A stretch of 24,724 nucleotides of DNA from Nitrospirae bacterium MYbin3 (GCA_002753335.1 PEAD01000012.1:62001-86724), one strand, 5' to 3'. Numbered from the stretch's first letter, positions 8,724-19,546 are shown. Program-made: numbers and translations. The notes: generated by a model from the letters alone, not told the origin.

Positions 8724-10132
8724 TGTTTAGGTCAACGGCAGACCTGAAGGACAAAAAGGTTTTGGTGGTGGGTCTTGCGAGGAGCGGGACATCATCCGCC
8801 AATTTCCTTGCTGATTCCGGCGCCAAGGTTACTGTAAATGACAAGAAGGAAGCCGGACTTCTCGGTTCATTCATCAAATCTCTAAATCCAGCCGTCGCCA
8901 CCGTTTTCGGTTCTCATCCTGAACAGTTGTTTAAAGAAGCTGACTTTATTGTTGTAAGTCCGGGCGTGCCGCTTTCTATTAAGCCTCTGATCGATTCAAG
9001 AAAGAATAAGGTCCCTGTAATCGGAGAACTTGAGTTTGCTTATATGGTAAGCCGGATGCAGCAAAGCACCGCCAAATCTGATTTTATGGCCATTACCGGC
9101 ACCAACGGCAAATCCACAACAACAATGCTTGTTTACGAAATGATGAGGAGCGCAGGTTTTGGAACTTTGCTGGGTGGCAATATCGGCATAGCTATGACGG
9201 ATGAGATCATAGCTGCGGAGCGCGAGGCGAAAAAGATCGATTTTGTTGTTGCTGAATTATCAAGTTTTCAGCTTGAGGCGATAGAGAGCTTTCGTCCCAA
9301 GGCTGCCGCAATTCTAAATATAACTCCTGACCATCTGGACAGGTATTCGGGCATGGAAGAATATATATACGCAAAGTGCAATGTGGCCATGAATCAGGGC
9401 AAAGACGATTTTCTAATTCTTAATGCTGATGATGAATATGCCGAAAAGGTGCTTGAACGACTTAAGGCTAAAGAAGGCCCGATGCCGGAGCTTTTCTATT
9501 TCAGCCGCAAGAGAAAAGTTGACGGATCTTGCTATGATGGAAAGTCAATTAAATTTGATATGAATTCCCTAGGCGCAAGGTTTGATATGGATCCTTCAAA
9601 ATTCAAGATCAAAGGGGTTCATAATATAGAGAATGCGATGGCAGCATCGCTGCTTGCGCTTTTATGTGGATGCCCTGCTGATACTGCAATAAAAACTCTT
9701 GCTGAGTTTTCTGGACTTGAGCACAGGCTCGAATTTGTCAGGGAAGCCGGCGGTGTGAAGTTCATAAACGATTCAAAGGGGACGAATGTCGGGGCCGTAA
9801 TGAAATCTCTTGAGGGTTTTACCGAGCCTGTTATCCTTATAGCGGGCGGAAGGGACAAGGACGGCGACTTTTCTGCGCTTAAGCATCTTGTGCGTGAAAA
9901 GGTCAAGGCTATGGTGCTGATAGGAGAGGCTGCAGCTAAGATAGAGAAGGCTTTGGCCGGAGCAACGGATATTAGTCATGAGGAGAGCCTTCATGCTGCT
10001 GTAGCTAAGGCTCATGCACTCGCCTCAAAAGGCGATGCTGTGCTTCTCTCTCCGGCCTGCGCAAGCTTTGATATGTTCAGGGATTTCGAAGATAGAGGCA
10101 GGAAATTTAAAGAGGCGGTTGCTGCTTTATGA
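8723..10132 (+). CDS. murD: UDP-MurNAc-L-Ala:D-Glu ligase MurD
   Basis: GTG start overlapping the upstream TAG; GLARSG, SPGVP, GTNGKSTT, GGNIG, ELSSFQLE, DHLDRY, NDSKGTN, SPACASFDMF. Confidence 0.97.
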   Translation: MFRSTADLKDKKVLVVGLARSGTSSANFLADSGAKVTVNDKKEAGLLGSFIKSLNPAVATVFGSHPEQLFKEADFIVVSPGVPLSIKPLIDSRKNKVPVIGELEFAYMVSRMQQSTAKSDFMAITGTNGKSTTTMLVYEMMRSAGFGTLLGGNIGIAMTDEIIAAEREAKKIDFVVAELSSFQLEAIESFRPKAAAILNITPDHLDRYSGMEEYIYAKCNVAMNQGKDDFLILNADDEYAEKVLERLKAKEGPMPELFYFSRKRKVDGSCYDGKSIKFDMNSLGARFDMDPSKFKIKGVHNIENAMAASLLALLCGCPADTAIKTLAEFSGLEHRLEFVREAGGVKFINDSKGTNVGAVMKSLEGFTEPVILIAGGRDKDGDFSALKHLVREKVKAMVLIGEAAAKIEKALAGATDISHEESLHAAVAKAHALASKGDAVLLSPACASFDMFRDFEDRGRKFKEAVAAL

Positions 10133-11361
10133 TCAAAAGCTACGACAAATGGCTGTTGGTTATTGTGCTGCTCCTTATCGTCATAGGGCTTACCGCAGTT
10201 TACAGCGCAACTTCGGTAACATCACCCGATGTTATCGAGAAGTTCAAGAAAAAAGAGATAGATGTAACCCAGTTCGGCTTTTTAAAAAAACAGCTTTTCA
10301 CGCTCTCTTTGGGTTTTGTTATGATGTTGATAGCCTTCAAGGTTCCTCTGGATTATCTTAAGAAGATCGCGATTCCGTTGCTTATCTTTTCGATGATCTG
10401 TCTTTTATTGGTTTTTACCCCTCTCGGCGCTACTGTAAATGGAGCCAGGAGATGGATAAGAATATGGCCGTCCTCTTTTCAGCCTTCGGAGCTTGTAAAA
10501 CTGTCTATGGTTATTTTTATGTCTTGGTATATGAGCATAAAATTTTATAAGCAGAACAACTTCAAGACCTTTATAATACCTATCGCTATAATGGCATTGT
10601 TTCAGGTCGTATTCCTAAAACAGCCTGATTTCGGGGCTGTCATGAGTCTTGCCCTGCTGACCGTTTCTCTTTTGTTTCTTTCGGGAGTTAAGCTGCGCTA
10701 TCTTTCTCTGTTCGCGGTATTGGCTGTGCCTGTTGTAATAAAGCTTATAAAAGAGCCTTACCGCTGGAAGCGGGTTGTCGCTTTTTTAGATCCGTGGAGC
10801 GATGCCAAGGGCAGCGGGTTTCAGCTAGTGCAGTCTTTTATCGCGCTCGGCAGCGGAGGCTTAAGGGGTGTTGGATTGGGCGAAGGCAGGCAGAAACTTT
10901 CGTATCTTCCAGAAATTCATACCGACTTTATTTTCTCTTTGATAGGTGAGGAGCTTGGTTTTATAGGGGCGGTTTTTGTGGTGGCTTTATTTTTGGTGCT
11001 TTTTCTCAGAGGGCTTGCTATTGCACGCAGGACCGAGGACCGTTTTTCCCAGTACCTTGCTTACGGTATCTCGATAATGATCGGGGTGCAGGCCGTAATT
11101 AATTTCTTTGTGGTTACCGGCATGGTGCCTACAAAGGGGCTGCCGCTGCCATTTATCAGCTACGGCGGGTCGTCGCTTATTATCAACATGATTGCTGTGG
11201 GATTGCTTCTTAATGTATCGGCATCGGGAAGTTCTTCTCAGCAGTTTGATGATTCTCAGCCTAAGCCTGCTCCTGTTGCGCGCGTGCCGCTGCATAGGGG
11301 GGAGATGAGAAGGCATAAGGGGTTCAGCTACAGACACATAAATCAGGGGAGCTCTCGGTGA
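10129..11361 (+). CDS. ftsW: SEDS peptidoglycan polymerase FtsW
   Basis: NGARRWI, FQPSELVK, QPDFG, FLDPW, GFQLVQS, LPEIHTDF, TKGLPLPFISYGGSS. Confidence 0.97.
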   Translation: MIKSYDKWLLVIVLLLIVIGLTAVYSATSVTSPDVIEKFKKKEIDVTQFGFLKKQLFTLSLGFVMMLIAFKVPLDYLKKIAIPLLIFSMICLLLVFTPLGATVNGARRWIRIWPSSFQPSELVKLSMVIFMSWYMSIKFYKQNNFKTFIIPIAIMALFQVVFLKQPDFGAVMSLALLTVSLLFLSGVKLRYLSLFAVLAVPVVIKLIKEPYRWKRVVAFLDPWSDAKGSGFQLVQSFIALGSGGLRGVGLGEGRQKLSYLPEIHTDFIFSLIGEELGFIGAVFVVALFLVLFLRGLAIARRTEDRFSQYLAYGISIMIGVQAVINFFVVTGMVPTKGLPLPFISYGGSSLIINMIAVGLLLNVSASGSSSQQFDDSQPKPAPVARVPLHRGEMRRHKGFSYRHINQGSSR

Positions 11362-12476
11362 AGGTTATAATTGCAGGAGGAGGAACAGGAGGGCATCTAT
11401 TTCCGGGCATTGCTGTGGCGGAGGAGTTTCAGTTTAAGACAAAGGATACCGAAGAAAAAACAGAAAAAGAGGATATATTGTTTGTAGGAACGGTGCATGG
11501 TATAGAGGCGAAAGCGATTCCTCGCGAGGGATACAAGATTAAATTTATAAGAGCGAGAGGGGTTGTGGGCAAGTCGTTTGCCGAGACTGTCAAGGCGCTT
11601 TTTACGTTTTTACTTTCGATAAGCGATTCTTTAAGAATATTGAAAGTAAAGAAGCCGGATGTGGTTATCGGTGTAGGCGGCTACGCATCCGCCGGAATGG
11701 TCACAGCCGCTTTTATTAAAAGGGTCCCAACCCTAATAATGGAGCAGAATTCTGTACCGGGCTTTGCGAACAGGTTTTTAGGCAGATTTGCGGATGCAGT
11801 AGCAGTAACCTATCAGGAGAGCATCGGATTTTTTTCTAAAGACAAAACATTTCTGACTGGCAACCCGGTCAGGCGAAAAATATTTGAGACAGAAAAGGAA
11901 AAAGCATATTCCTGCTTCCCTCTTGAAAGGGATAAATTTACGGTGCTTGTGTTCGGTGGAAGCTTGGGGGCGAGGAGTATAAACAACGCGATGATAGAGG
12001 CTGTTCCGCACTTGTTAAATCTGAGGGACAGGGTGCAGTTTCTGCATCAGACCGGTGACCGGGATTTTGAACTTGTGAAGGACCATTACAGAAAGGCAGG
12101 ATTTAAAGGTGTTGTGGTGCCTTTCGTATATCAGATGGCAGAGGCTTATGCTGTTTCGGATTTAGTCTTATGCAGGGCAGGGGCCACAACGCTCTCTGAG
12201 GTTACGGCAGTAGGCAAACCGGCTATTCTGGTGCCGTATCCTTATGCGGCATCCAACCATCAGGAGTACAATGCGCGAAAACTTGAAGATATGGGCGCGG
12301 CAAGGATGATAAAAGACAGGGAGCTTACGGGTGAGCTGCTTGCAGCCTCAATACGCGAGCTGTATGCGAATGATGCCAAGCGCAGGGAAATGCAGAATGC
12401 CGCGACCGCTTTCGGGAAAAAGGATGCGGCGGATAAGATTGTAAATTTGGCCTTCAGCATTACGAGAAAGAGGTAA
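11358..12476 (+). CDS. murG: Lipid II GlcNAc transferase MurG
   Basis: GTG start; GGGTGGH, GGY, EQN, GNPVR, GGSLGA, RAGATT, HQEYNA. Confidence 0.98.
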   Translation: MKVIIAGGGTGGHLFPGIAVAEEFQFKTKDTEEKTEKEDILFVGTVHGIEAKAIPREGYKIKFIRARGVVGKSFAETVKALFTFLLSISDSLRILKVKKPDVVIGVGGYASAGMVTAAFIKRVPTLIMEQNSVPGFANRFLGRFADAVAVTYQESIGFFSKDKTFLTGNPVRRKIFETEKEKAYSCFPLERDKFTVLVFGGSLGARSINNAMIEAVPHLLNLRDRVQFLHQTGDRDFELVKDHYRKAGFKGVVVPFVYQMAEAYAVSDLVLCRAGATTLSEVTAVGKPAILVPYPYAASNHQEYNARKLEDMGAARMIKDRELTGELLAASIRELYANDAKRREMQNAATAFGKKDAADKIVNLAFSITRKR

Positions 12477-12480
12477 GAAT

Positions 12481-13851
12481 ATGTTCACTAAGTATAGACT
12501 GCTTCATTTTGTGGGTATCGGAGGGGTAGGCATGAGCGGTATCGCGGAAGTCCTTCATAATTTGGGCTATACGATAACCGGCTCGGATATGAAGGGGTCT
12601 GATATTTCCCGCAGGCTTGAAAGGATAGGCATAAAGGTATTTATAGGGCATGAGGCATCAAACGTAGCTGATGCTCATGTTGTGGTGATTTCATCAGCCG
12701 TTGCACCTGATAATCCTGAAGTGCTTGCTGCTAAAAGCAAGGGCATACCGGTTATCCCCCGCGCAGAAATGCTGGCCGAGTTGGGCCGCCTTAAATACGG
12801 CATCCTTGTTGCCGGAGCCCATGGAAAGACCACCACCACCTCGCTTGTAGCAACGATACTGGGCGATGCAGGCGTTGATCCCACAGTGGTGATAGGCGGC
12901 AGGCTGAACTCTATGGGCACGAATGCCAAGCTGGGGCAGGGAGATTTTCTTGTTGCGGAGGCGGATGAGAGCGACGGCTCATTTTTAAAACTAAGCCCGA
13001 CTATTGCTGTCATAACCAATATAGACAAAGAGCATATGGATTTTTTTAAGGATATGGAGGCCTTAAAAAATGCGTTCCTCTCTTTTATAAACAAGGTGCC
13101 GTTTTACGGCATAGCGGTTGTATGTATCGAGAACTCTTATATAAGAGAACTGCTCCCTTCCATAGGGCGCAGGGTTTTGACTTATGGACTGACGGATGCC
13201 GCAGATATATACGCTAAGAATATTAAGCGCAACGGTGTGCATATGACTTTTGAAGCTGTGTATAAAAAGAAGCCGCTCGGTATTTTCACTATTCCGATTC
13301 CGGGCCTGCACAATGTTTTAAACAGCATTGCAGCGATAGCAGTAGCTTTGGAACTCGATATCCCTGTTTCGGATATATCAAAGGCCTTGGGCTCTTTTGG
13401 CGGCATTCACAGGAGGTTTGAGCTTAAAGGGGAAATAAACGGGATAAAGGTTTTCGATGACTATGGGCATCATCCTTCAGAGATAATGGCGACTGTCAGG
13501 GCTGCTAAAGAATGCTTCCCCGAAAACCGCATAGTGGTACTTTTTCAACCTCACAGATACACAAGAACTAGGGGCTTGATGGATGAGTTTGCATCCTGTT
13601 TTGAGGGCGCAGACATAATATTTCTTCTCGATATTTATGCGGCAGGCGAGAATCCTATTGAAGGGGTCAGTTCCGGAGCCTTGCTGAAAAAGATGAATGA
13701 TATGGGTCTTAAGAATATTCAATACCTCGATGATGCTTCTTCTGTAATAGAAAAGGTTGCTGACGGAATCAAACCCGGCGATGTGCTTATAACTCTTGGC
13801 GCAGGCAATGTTTACAGGTTTGGAGAAGCGGTGCTTGAAAGGTTAAAATAA
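12481..13851 (+). CDS. murC: UDP-MurNAc:L-Ala ligase MurC
   Basis: HFVGIGGVGMSG, RAEMLAEL, GAHGKTTT, EADESDGSFL, DDYGHHP, FQPHRYTRT. Confidence 0.98.
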   Translation: MFTKYRLLHFVGIGGVGMSGIAEVLHNLGYTITGSDMKGSDISRRLERIGIKVFIGHEASNVADAHVVVISSAVAPDNPEVLAAKSKGIPVIPRAEMLAELGRLKYGILVAGAHGKTTTTSLVATILGDAGVDPTVVIGGRLNSMGTNAKLGQGDFLVAEADESDGSFLKLSPTIAVITNIDKEHMDFFKDMEALKNAFLSFINKVPFYGIAVVCIENSYIRELLPSIGRRVLTYGLTDAADIYAKNIKRNGVHMTFEAVYKKKPLGIFTIPIPGLHNVLNSIAAIAVALELDIPVSDISKALGSFGGIHRRFELKGEINGIKVFDDYGHHPSEIMATVRAAKECFPENRIVVLFQPHRYTRTRGLMDEFASCFEGADIIFLLDIYAAGENPIEGVSSGALLKKMNDMGLKNIQYLDDASSVIEKVADGIKPGDVLITLGAGNVYRFGEAVLERLK

Positions 13852-13873
13852 AAAATTGGAAAGGCGATAGCAG

Positions 13874-14809
13874 ATGTTGACCGGGAAAAAAATAGGCGTC
13901 TTGGCAGGAGGGACTTCGGCAGAAAGAGAGGTGTCTTTAAAAAGCGGGAATGCTATTTTCAAGGCGCTTAAAGATTTGGGCTACAATGCTGTGTTTATAG
14001 ACGCCTCCGGAAACTTGTGTGAAGAGTTAAAGACGAATAAGATAGAAATAGCTTTTGTTGCCCTTCATGGAGGACACGGTGAAAATGGTGCGGTTCAGGG
14101 GCTGCTTGAAGTAATGGGGCTGCCGTATACAGGTTCAGGCATTTTAGCCTCTGCTGTTGCAATGGACAAGATAGCTTCAAAAAAGATGTTTCTTCATAGC
14201 GGCATTTCGGTAACCCCCTACAGTGTTGTAAGCAGACAGGATTGTTTTAAGGATTTAATTATGAAGTCTATACTTTTCGATATGCCGTGGGTGGTCAAGC
14301 CTTCTGCCGAAGGGTCAAGCATAGGAGTCAGCATTGTAAAGGCAGAGAGTGAGCTTGAGGGCGCATTAAAAGGCGCATTCTTATACGGTGAGACCGTTAT
14401 CATCGAGAAATATGTAAAGGGAAAAGAGGTTCAGATAGGCATACTGGGTGACAGGGCCCTCGGCGGTGTTGAGGTAAGGCCGTCAAAGGAGTTTTACAGC
14501 TACGAAGCGAAATATACACCGGGCATGACCCAGTATATATTGCCGCCTGAGATCAGTAAAGCGGATTACGAAAAGCTGTGTGTTTCGGCGCTTGAAGCGC
14601 ACAGGGCGCTCGGATGCAAGGGCTTTTCTAGGGTTGATTTTATATTGGACGGCGATGGTGTCTCATACATACTTGAGGTGAATACCCTGCCCGGAATGAC
14701 AGAAACTAGCCTGCTTCCGAAGATAGCAAGGCTTGCGGGCATAGAATTCCCGCAGCTTGTGGAAGAGATGCTCCGGCTTGCTATTGCGGATGGCGGAGGG
14801 AGAGCTTAA
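13874..14809 (+). CDS. ddl: D-Ala-D-Ala ligase
   Basis: [39 protein letters not shown] (Tyr omega loop, D-Ala-D-Ala type), RVDF, EVNTLPG. Confidence 0.97.
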   Translation: MLTGKKIGVLAGGTSAEREVSLKSGNAIFKALKDLGYNAVFIDASGNLCEELKTNKIEIAFVALHGGHGENGAVQGLLEVMGLPYTGSGILASAVAMDKIASKKMFLHSGISVTPYSVVSRQDCFKDLIMKSILFDMPWVVKPSAEGSSIGVSIVKAESELEGALKGAFLYGETVIIEKYVKGKEVQIGILGDRALGGVEVRPSKEFYSYEAKYTPGMTQYILPPEISKADYEKLCVSALEAHRALGCKGFSRVDFILDGDGVSYILEVNTLPGMTETSLLPKIARLAGIEFPQLVEEMLRLAIADGGGRA

Positions 14810-15579
14810 TGACCGTCTTGAACAAACGCAATCTTAGGTCTTTGCAGAGGAAAAAGGAGAGCAAAAAACTGTCTTTTGCTATTGTTCTCTGTGTTTTGTG
14901 CATAGCTACAACATTGGGAATATTTATGTTAGTGAAGCATGTGATGAAAGTTACGGATATGTCTTACTCCGGTCTGCAGCACCTAAAGGGAGAGGACCTC
15001 TCGGTGCTTATACGGACGGGCAAGGGAGAGGAGTTGTTTGGAAGCAGCGGCAGCGATATTTATCGCAGGCTGAAAAAATCGCCGTGGGTAAAGGATGCTG
15101 CGATACGCAGGGACCTTTCGGGAAGGCTTTCGGTAAAGGTTCAGGAGGCTGTTCCGGGCTCGATATTGAAGCTGTACGAAAGCGATTATCTTGTGTCCGA
15201 AGACGGAGTTGTCCTTGAGAAGATATCTGACAGCGCAATATTTCTGCCTGTCATAAAGGATATTGATCCTGCAAAGAGCAGGGATGCGTTTAAAACAGCT
15301 GTGGACCTTGTAAGGACGCTTCATGCAAAAGGCGCGATATCATACAAAGGACTGATAGAGGTTGCGGGCCAGCGGCCTGAGGAGATAACCTTAACCTTCG
15401 ACAATATAAGGATAAGGATCGGCGCAGGGGATTTTGAGAAAAAGCTGGAGCGGCTCAAGTTTGTGAGGGATGAGATCGAGAAACGGAATATGAATGTAGA
15501 TTATATAGATCTTCGATTCAGCAACAAGGTAATAGTAAAACCGGTAAATGGAGATGCAGTTGTCAGCAGGCAGGGATAG
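14809..15579 (+). CDS. ftsQ: Cell division protein FtsQ/DivIB
   Basis: Basic N-terminus, single TM, POTRA-like segment (PWVKDAAIRR), C-terminal YIDLRF motif; lies between ddl and ftsA. Confidence 0.92.
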   Translation: MTVLNKRNLRSLQRKKESKKLSFAIVLCVLCIATTLGIFMLVKHVMKVTDMSYSGLQHLKGEDLSVLIRTGKGEELFGSSGSDIYRRLKKSPWVKDAAIRRDLSGRLSVKVQEAVPGSILKLYESDYLVSEDGVVLEKISDSAIFLPVIKDIDPAKSRDAFKTAVDLVRTLHAKGAISYKGLIEVAGQRPEEITLTFDNIRIRIGAGDFEKKLERLKFVRDEIEKRNMNVDYIDLRFSNKVIVKPVNGDAVVSRQG

Positions 15580-15581
15580 AA

Positions 15582-16826
15582 ATGGCTTTTGAAAGAAAGA
15601 AACCCAGCGGGGGACTGATCGTCGGGCTTGATGTAGGCACGACAAAGATCTGTGCTATTGCCGGAGAGGTTGCGGAGGACGGGGTCAATATTATTAATGT
15701 GAGTTCACACCCCTCCAGCGGTCTTAGAAAAGGCGTTGTGGTGGATATAGAAGCCACCGCGAATTCGATACGCAAGGCTGTGGAAGGGGTTTCTGGAGCG
15801 GCCGGAATGGTTGTTAATGAGGTTTATGTCGGCATTGCCGGAAGTCATATAAAGAGCATAAGCAGCTACGGCGCGGTAGGAATAAAAGGCAAAGAAGTTA
15901 CTCACGAGGATGTTGAAAGGGCGATAGATTCTGCGAGCGCCGTGTATGTGCCTCTTGACAGGGAGATGCTTCATGTAATACCGACCGATTTTATACTGGA
16001 CGGTCAGGATGGAATTAAGGATCCTGTCGGCATGGCGGGTGTGAGGCTTGAAGCAAAGGTGCATATAGTCACAGGCGCGGTCAGCTTTGTTCAGAACCTC
16101 ATAAAATGCTGTGAGCGCGCAGGTCTGGATGTTGTGGATATTGTTTTGCAGCCCCTTGCATCTGCAGAAGCGACCCTGACCTCAGATGAGCGCGATATGG
16201 GTGTTGCGCTCATTGATATCGGCGGAGGCACAACAGACATAGCCGTTTACAAGGACGGCTGGCTTAGGCATACTGCGGTGATAGGAATAGGCGGCAATCA
16301 TTTTACGAATGATATTTCGATAGGCCTTAGGCTTCCTTTTGCCGAGGCCGAAAGAATAAAGAAGCAATACGGCACGGTACTGCCATCAGAGGCTAATGAT
16401 GGCACCGAAATGAGCGTTATAGGTGCAGACGGGCAGATACGTGAGATGCCTAGAAAATATCTTGCAGAGATAATTCAGCCCAGATGTGACGAACTTCTCG
16501 ACCTGATCAGGCAGGAGATGGAGATTCCCCAGAACAGCGGAATCGCAATATCTGAGGCGGTGCTGACCGGTGGGTCCTCTCTGCTGTCAGGGTTGGACAG
16601 GAATGCAGAGTCTGTGTTTTCTATGCCTGTAAGGCTTGGCAGCCTTGGGCATGTATCTGGATTGGGCGGCGAATGCAACAGCCCCATTTATGCTACCGGC
16701 GTAGGGCTTGTGCTTTTTGCGGCCGATTCTATGATGCCTAATGACAAAGGTGCTTTTTCGGCCGATGTGTTTAACAGGGTTATGGATAAGATGACAGGAT
16801 GGTTTAAAAAGATAGTATCGAGATAG
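15582..16826 (+). CDS. ftsA: Cell division protein FtsA
   Basis: GLDVGTTK, GLRKG, IDIGGGTT, AERIK, LTGGSS, YATGVGL; C-terminal amphipathic helix. Confidence 0.98.
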   Translation: MAFERKKPSGGLIVGLDVGTTKICAIAGEVAEDGVNIINVSSHPSSGLRKGVVVDIEATANSIRKAVEGVSGAAGMVVNEVYVGIAGSHIKSISSYGAVGIKGKEVTHEDVERAIDSASAVYVPLDREMLHVIPTDFILDGQDGIKDPVGMAGVRLEAKVHIVTGAVSFVQNLIKCCERAGLDVVDIVLQPLASAEATLTSDERDMGVALIDIGGGTTDIAVYKDGWLRHTAVIGIGGNHFTNDISIGLRLPFAEAERIKKQYGTVLPSEANDGTEMSVIGADGQIREMPRKYLAEIIQPRCDELLDLIRQEMEIPQNSGIAISEAVLTGGSSLLSGLDRNAESVFSMPVRLGSLGHVSGLGGECNSPIYATGVGLVLFAADSMMPNDKGAFSADVFNRVMDKMTGWFKKIVSR

Positions 16827-16835
16827 GAGGATAAT

Positions 16836-18104
16836 ATGTTCGAAATCGAAAGCGTCGGCAGTCTCGTAGCTACCATTAAAGTTATAGGTGTGGGCGGCGG
16901 CGGCGGCAATGCCATCAACAACATGATAAATGCCAACCTGTTTGGTGTTGAGTTTATCGCGGTAAATACCGACATCCAGCACCTCGATGCGTCACTCGCT
17001 GCTTCAAAGGTCCAGATAGGCACTAACCTGACAAGGGGGCTGGGTGCAGGATCAAATCCTGATATGGCAAAGTTGGCTGCTGAGGAGGACAGGGATTCTC
17101 TTATAGGTGTTATAGAGGGTGCTGACATGATATTTATAACCGCAGGTATGGGAGGAGGAACCGGCACCGGTGCTGCTCCGGTAGTTGCGTCTATTGCGAG
17201 GGAGTTAGGGATTCTCACTGTTGGGGTGGTGACTAAGCCTTTTCATTTCGAGGGAAGCAAGCGCGGGATGAATGCCTTTAACGGCATAAAGGCCCTTAAG
17301 GAGCATGTTGACGCATTGATAGTTATTCCGAACGATAAAATTCTGCGAGTGGTGGATAAAGGAACTCCGATGCTCAAGGCTTTTTCGGTTGCGAATGATG
17401 TGCTGAGACAGGCGGTGCAGGGGATTTCGGACATAATATTGAAGCCCGGGCTTATAAATCTTGATTTTGCTGATGTCAAGGCTGTAGTGCTCAATTCCGG
17501 CAGGGCTGTTATCGGAATAGGTGAGGGCAAAGGAGAAGGCGGCGCGCTTGAAGCTGCCAAAAGAGCTATATCCAATGAACTTCTAGAAGAGTCTTCCATA
17601 CAGGGGGCAAAAGGGATTCTTATAAACATAACAGGCGGGCTCAATATGCCTCTTGATGCGGTTGATGCAGCCGGCTCATTTATAGCAGACTCGGCCCACC
17701 CGGAAGCTAATATAATAACAGGGACTGTGATAGACACAGATATGGAAGACGAAGTAAGAGTTACCGTAATAGCTACAGGTCTGGAAGAAAAAAGCGTTCC
17801 TGTGAAAAATGAGCTTAAAGTAGCGGGCTGGAAGCCTGCAGGCAGCAAGACCGGGCCGCAGGTAAACCTCAGGGGTTCAGGCGGATATTTATCGAAAAGC
17901 AAAAGCCTAGGTTCAAGTGTAAGCTTTACTATGAGCGAGACTCCAAGGGAGCAAGATATCCACGAATTGCGGCAGTCACAAGCAGAAGAGGAACAAGCGG
18001 TTGAAACTAACAGCTCGGTTTATCAGCCCGAGCAAATGAGTGAGCAGAGGCCACAGCAAGTTGACGATATGTACGATATTCCGACATTTTTGAGGAAGCA
18101 TTAA
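16836..18104 (+). CDS. ftsZ: Cell division GTPase FtsZ
   Basis: [16 protein letters not shown] signature, INLDFADV T7 loop, about 100-aa linker, DIPTFLRK C-terminal peptide; SD AGGAGG. Confidence 0.99.
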   Translation: MFEIESVGSLVATIKVIGVGGGGGNAINNMINANLFGVEFIAVNTDIQHLDASLAASKVQIGTNLTRGLGAGSNPDMAKLAAEEDRDSLIGVIEGADMIFITAGMGGGTGTGAAPVVASIARELGILTVGVVTKPFHFEGSKRGMNAFNGIKALKEHVDALIVIPNDKILRVVDKGTPMLKAFSVANDVLRQAVQGISDIILKPGLINLDFADVKAVVLNSGRAVIGIGEGKGEGGALEAAKRAISNELLEESSIQGAKGILINITGGLNMPLDAVDAAGSFIADSAHPEANIITGTVIDTDMEDEVRVTVIATGLEEKSVPVKNELKVAGWKPAGSKTGPQVNLRGSGGYLSKSKSLGSSVSFTMSETPREQDIHELRQSQAEEEQAVETNSSVYQPEQMSEQRPQQVDDMYDIPTFLRKH

Positions 18105-18122
18105 TAGCAAACCCTTATCAGG

Positions 18123-18138
18123 AGCCGTATTTACGGCT
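18123..18138. other. Short inverted repeat between the SD-like motif and the mnmE start
   Basis: AGCCGTA-TT-TACGGCT, with no U-tract. It overlaps AGGAG (18120-18124). Confidence 0.6.
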
Positions 18139-18141
18139 GTC

Positions 18142-19527
18142 ATGAATCATATCGAAGATACAATCGCGGCAATCTCTACCCCTCCGGGCGAAGGTGGGAT
18201 AGGGATTGTGCGTATAAGCGGAAGCAGTGCTGTCTCGATAGCCGACAAGATTTTTATCTCATCTAAAAACAGGCGTCTCTCAGAGCTCAAGTCGCACAGC
18301 CTTACGCACGGATTCGTTTGGGACAGGGGCGCGAACAAGCGTATAGACGAGGCGCTTGCAACGGTTATGAGAGCTCCCAATACATATACGAGGGAAGATG
18401 TTGTAGAGATAAATTGCCACGGCGGCATGCAGGCGGTAAAGGCGGTTATGTTTTTGCTTTTGAAAGAAGGCGCTCGGATTGCGGAGCCGGGGGAGTTTAC
18501 CAAGAGAGCATTTTTGAATGGCAGGATAGACCTTTCTCAGGCTGAAGCTGTTATCGACATAATACGCGCGAAGAGCGACCGCGCAGAAACCCTTGCGCTA
18601 AGCCAGCTTGAAGGGAGGCTGTCATCAAAAATATCTGCATTGAGAGAGCAGCTCGCAGAGCTGTGCGCACATATAGAGGCGCATATAGATTTTCCTGAAG
18701 ATGAGCCCGAAACCATGGACAAAGCCGGTATTCTTGCAACGGTTGATTCGGTCAAGAATGAGTTAAAGAAACTCTCTGAGAGCTATGAGGAGGGAAGGCT
18801 TTTCCGTGAAGGCGTGTCTGTGGCGATAGTAGGCAAACCCAATGTTGGCAAGTCGTCACTGCTTAATGCCATTCTAGAAAAGGATAGGGCAATAGTGACC
18901 GAGATTCCGGGAACTACTCGGGACGTGATTGAAGACAGCCTGAATATAAAGGGGCTTCCGGTAAGGATTATGGACACAGCAGGAATAAGAGATTCTCATG
19001 ATCTTGCCGAAATTGAGGGCGTAAGGAGAAGCCTTAAAGCAATAGACCGGGCCGATATTGTTATCGCTGTATTGGATGCGAGCAAGTCTATGGATGGCGC
19101 GGATCAAGAACTGCTCGAAAAGGTTCAGGACAAAAAAACAGTGTATCTGTTTAACAAGACGGATATTACAGGTGCAGATTTCGATGAGCCTTCCGGGCTG
19201 TCGCCAGTTGTGAAGGCTTCGGCTAAAACAGGTAAAGGCATAGAACTTCTAAAGGAAGAGATTTATTCTGCATGCCTGGCAAATTCAGGATCTAAAGGCG
19301 TTGCTTCGGAAGACTTGCTGATAACGAATCTACGCCACAAACAGGCGATTGACAAGGCTATTCATGCACTTGAAGAAACAAAGACAGGGCTTGAAACTAA
19401 TCTGCATCTTGAATTTGTTGCCGTAAGCAGCCGCGAATCGCTCGACAGCTTAGGCGAAATTATCGGGGCTGTTACAAGCGACGATATTTTGAACCGGGTA
19501 TTTAGTCAGTTCTGTATAGGAAAGTGA
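18142..19527 (+). CDS. mnmE: tRNA modification GTPase MnmE (TrmE)
   Basis: DTIAAISTP, YTREDVVEINCHGG, GEFTKRAFLNG, GKPNVGKSS, GTTRD, DTAG, NKTD, C-terminal FCIGK. Confidence 0.98.
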   Translation: MNHIEDTIAAISTPPGEGGIGIVRISGSSAVSIADKIFISSKNRRLSELKSHSLTHGFVWDRGANKRIDEALATVMRAPNTYTREDVVEINCHGGMQAVKAVMFLLLKEGARIAEPGEFTKRAFLNGRIDLSQAEAVIDIIRAKSDRAETLALSQLEGRLSSKISALREQLAELCAHIEAHIDFPEDEPETMDKAGILATVDSVKNELKKLSESYEEGRLFREGVSVAIVGKPNVGKSSLLNAILEKDRAIVTEIPGTTRDVIEDSLNIKGLPVRIMDTAGIRDSHDLAEIEGVRRSLKAIDRADIVIAVLDASKSMDGADQELLEKVQDKKTVYLFNKTDITGADFDEPSGLSPVVKASAKTGKGIELLKEEIYSACLANSGSKGVASEDLLITNLRHKQAIDKAIHALEETKTGLETNLHLEFVAVSSRESLDSLGEIIGAVTSDDILNRVFSQFCIGK

Positions 19528-19546
19528 TACATAGCGCATATTACGG

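Noticed and set aside
16893..16907. (GGC)5 microsatellite
   Set aside because: Encodes the conserved FtsZ glycine run; not a contingency locus.
18112..18141. CTTATCAGGAG resembles the 5' end of a SAM-I riboswitch
   Set aside because: The gap is only 37 bp and no other conserved SAM-I elements follow.
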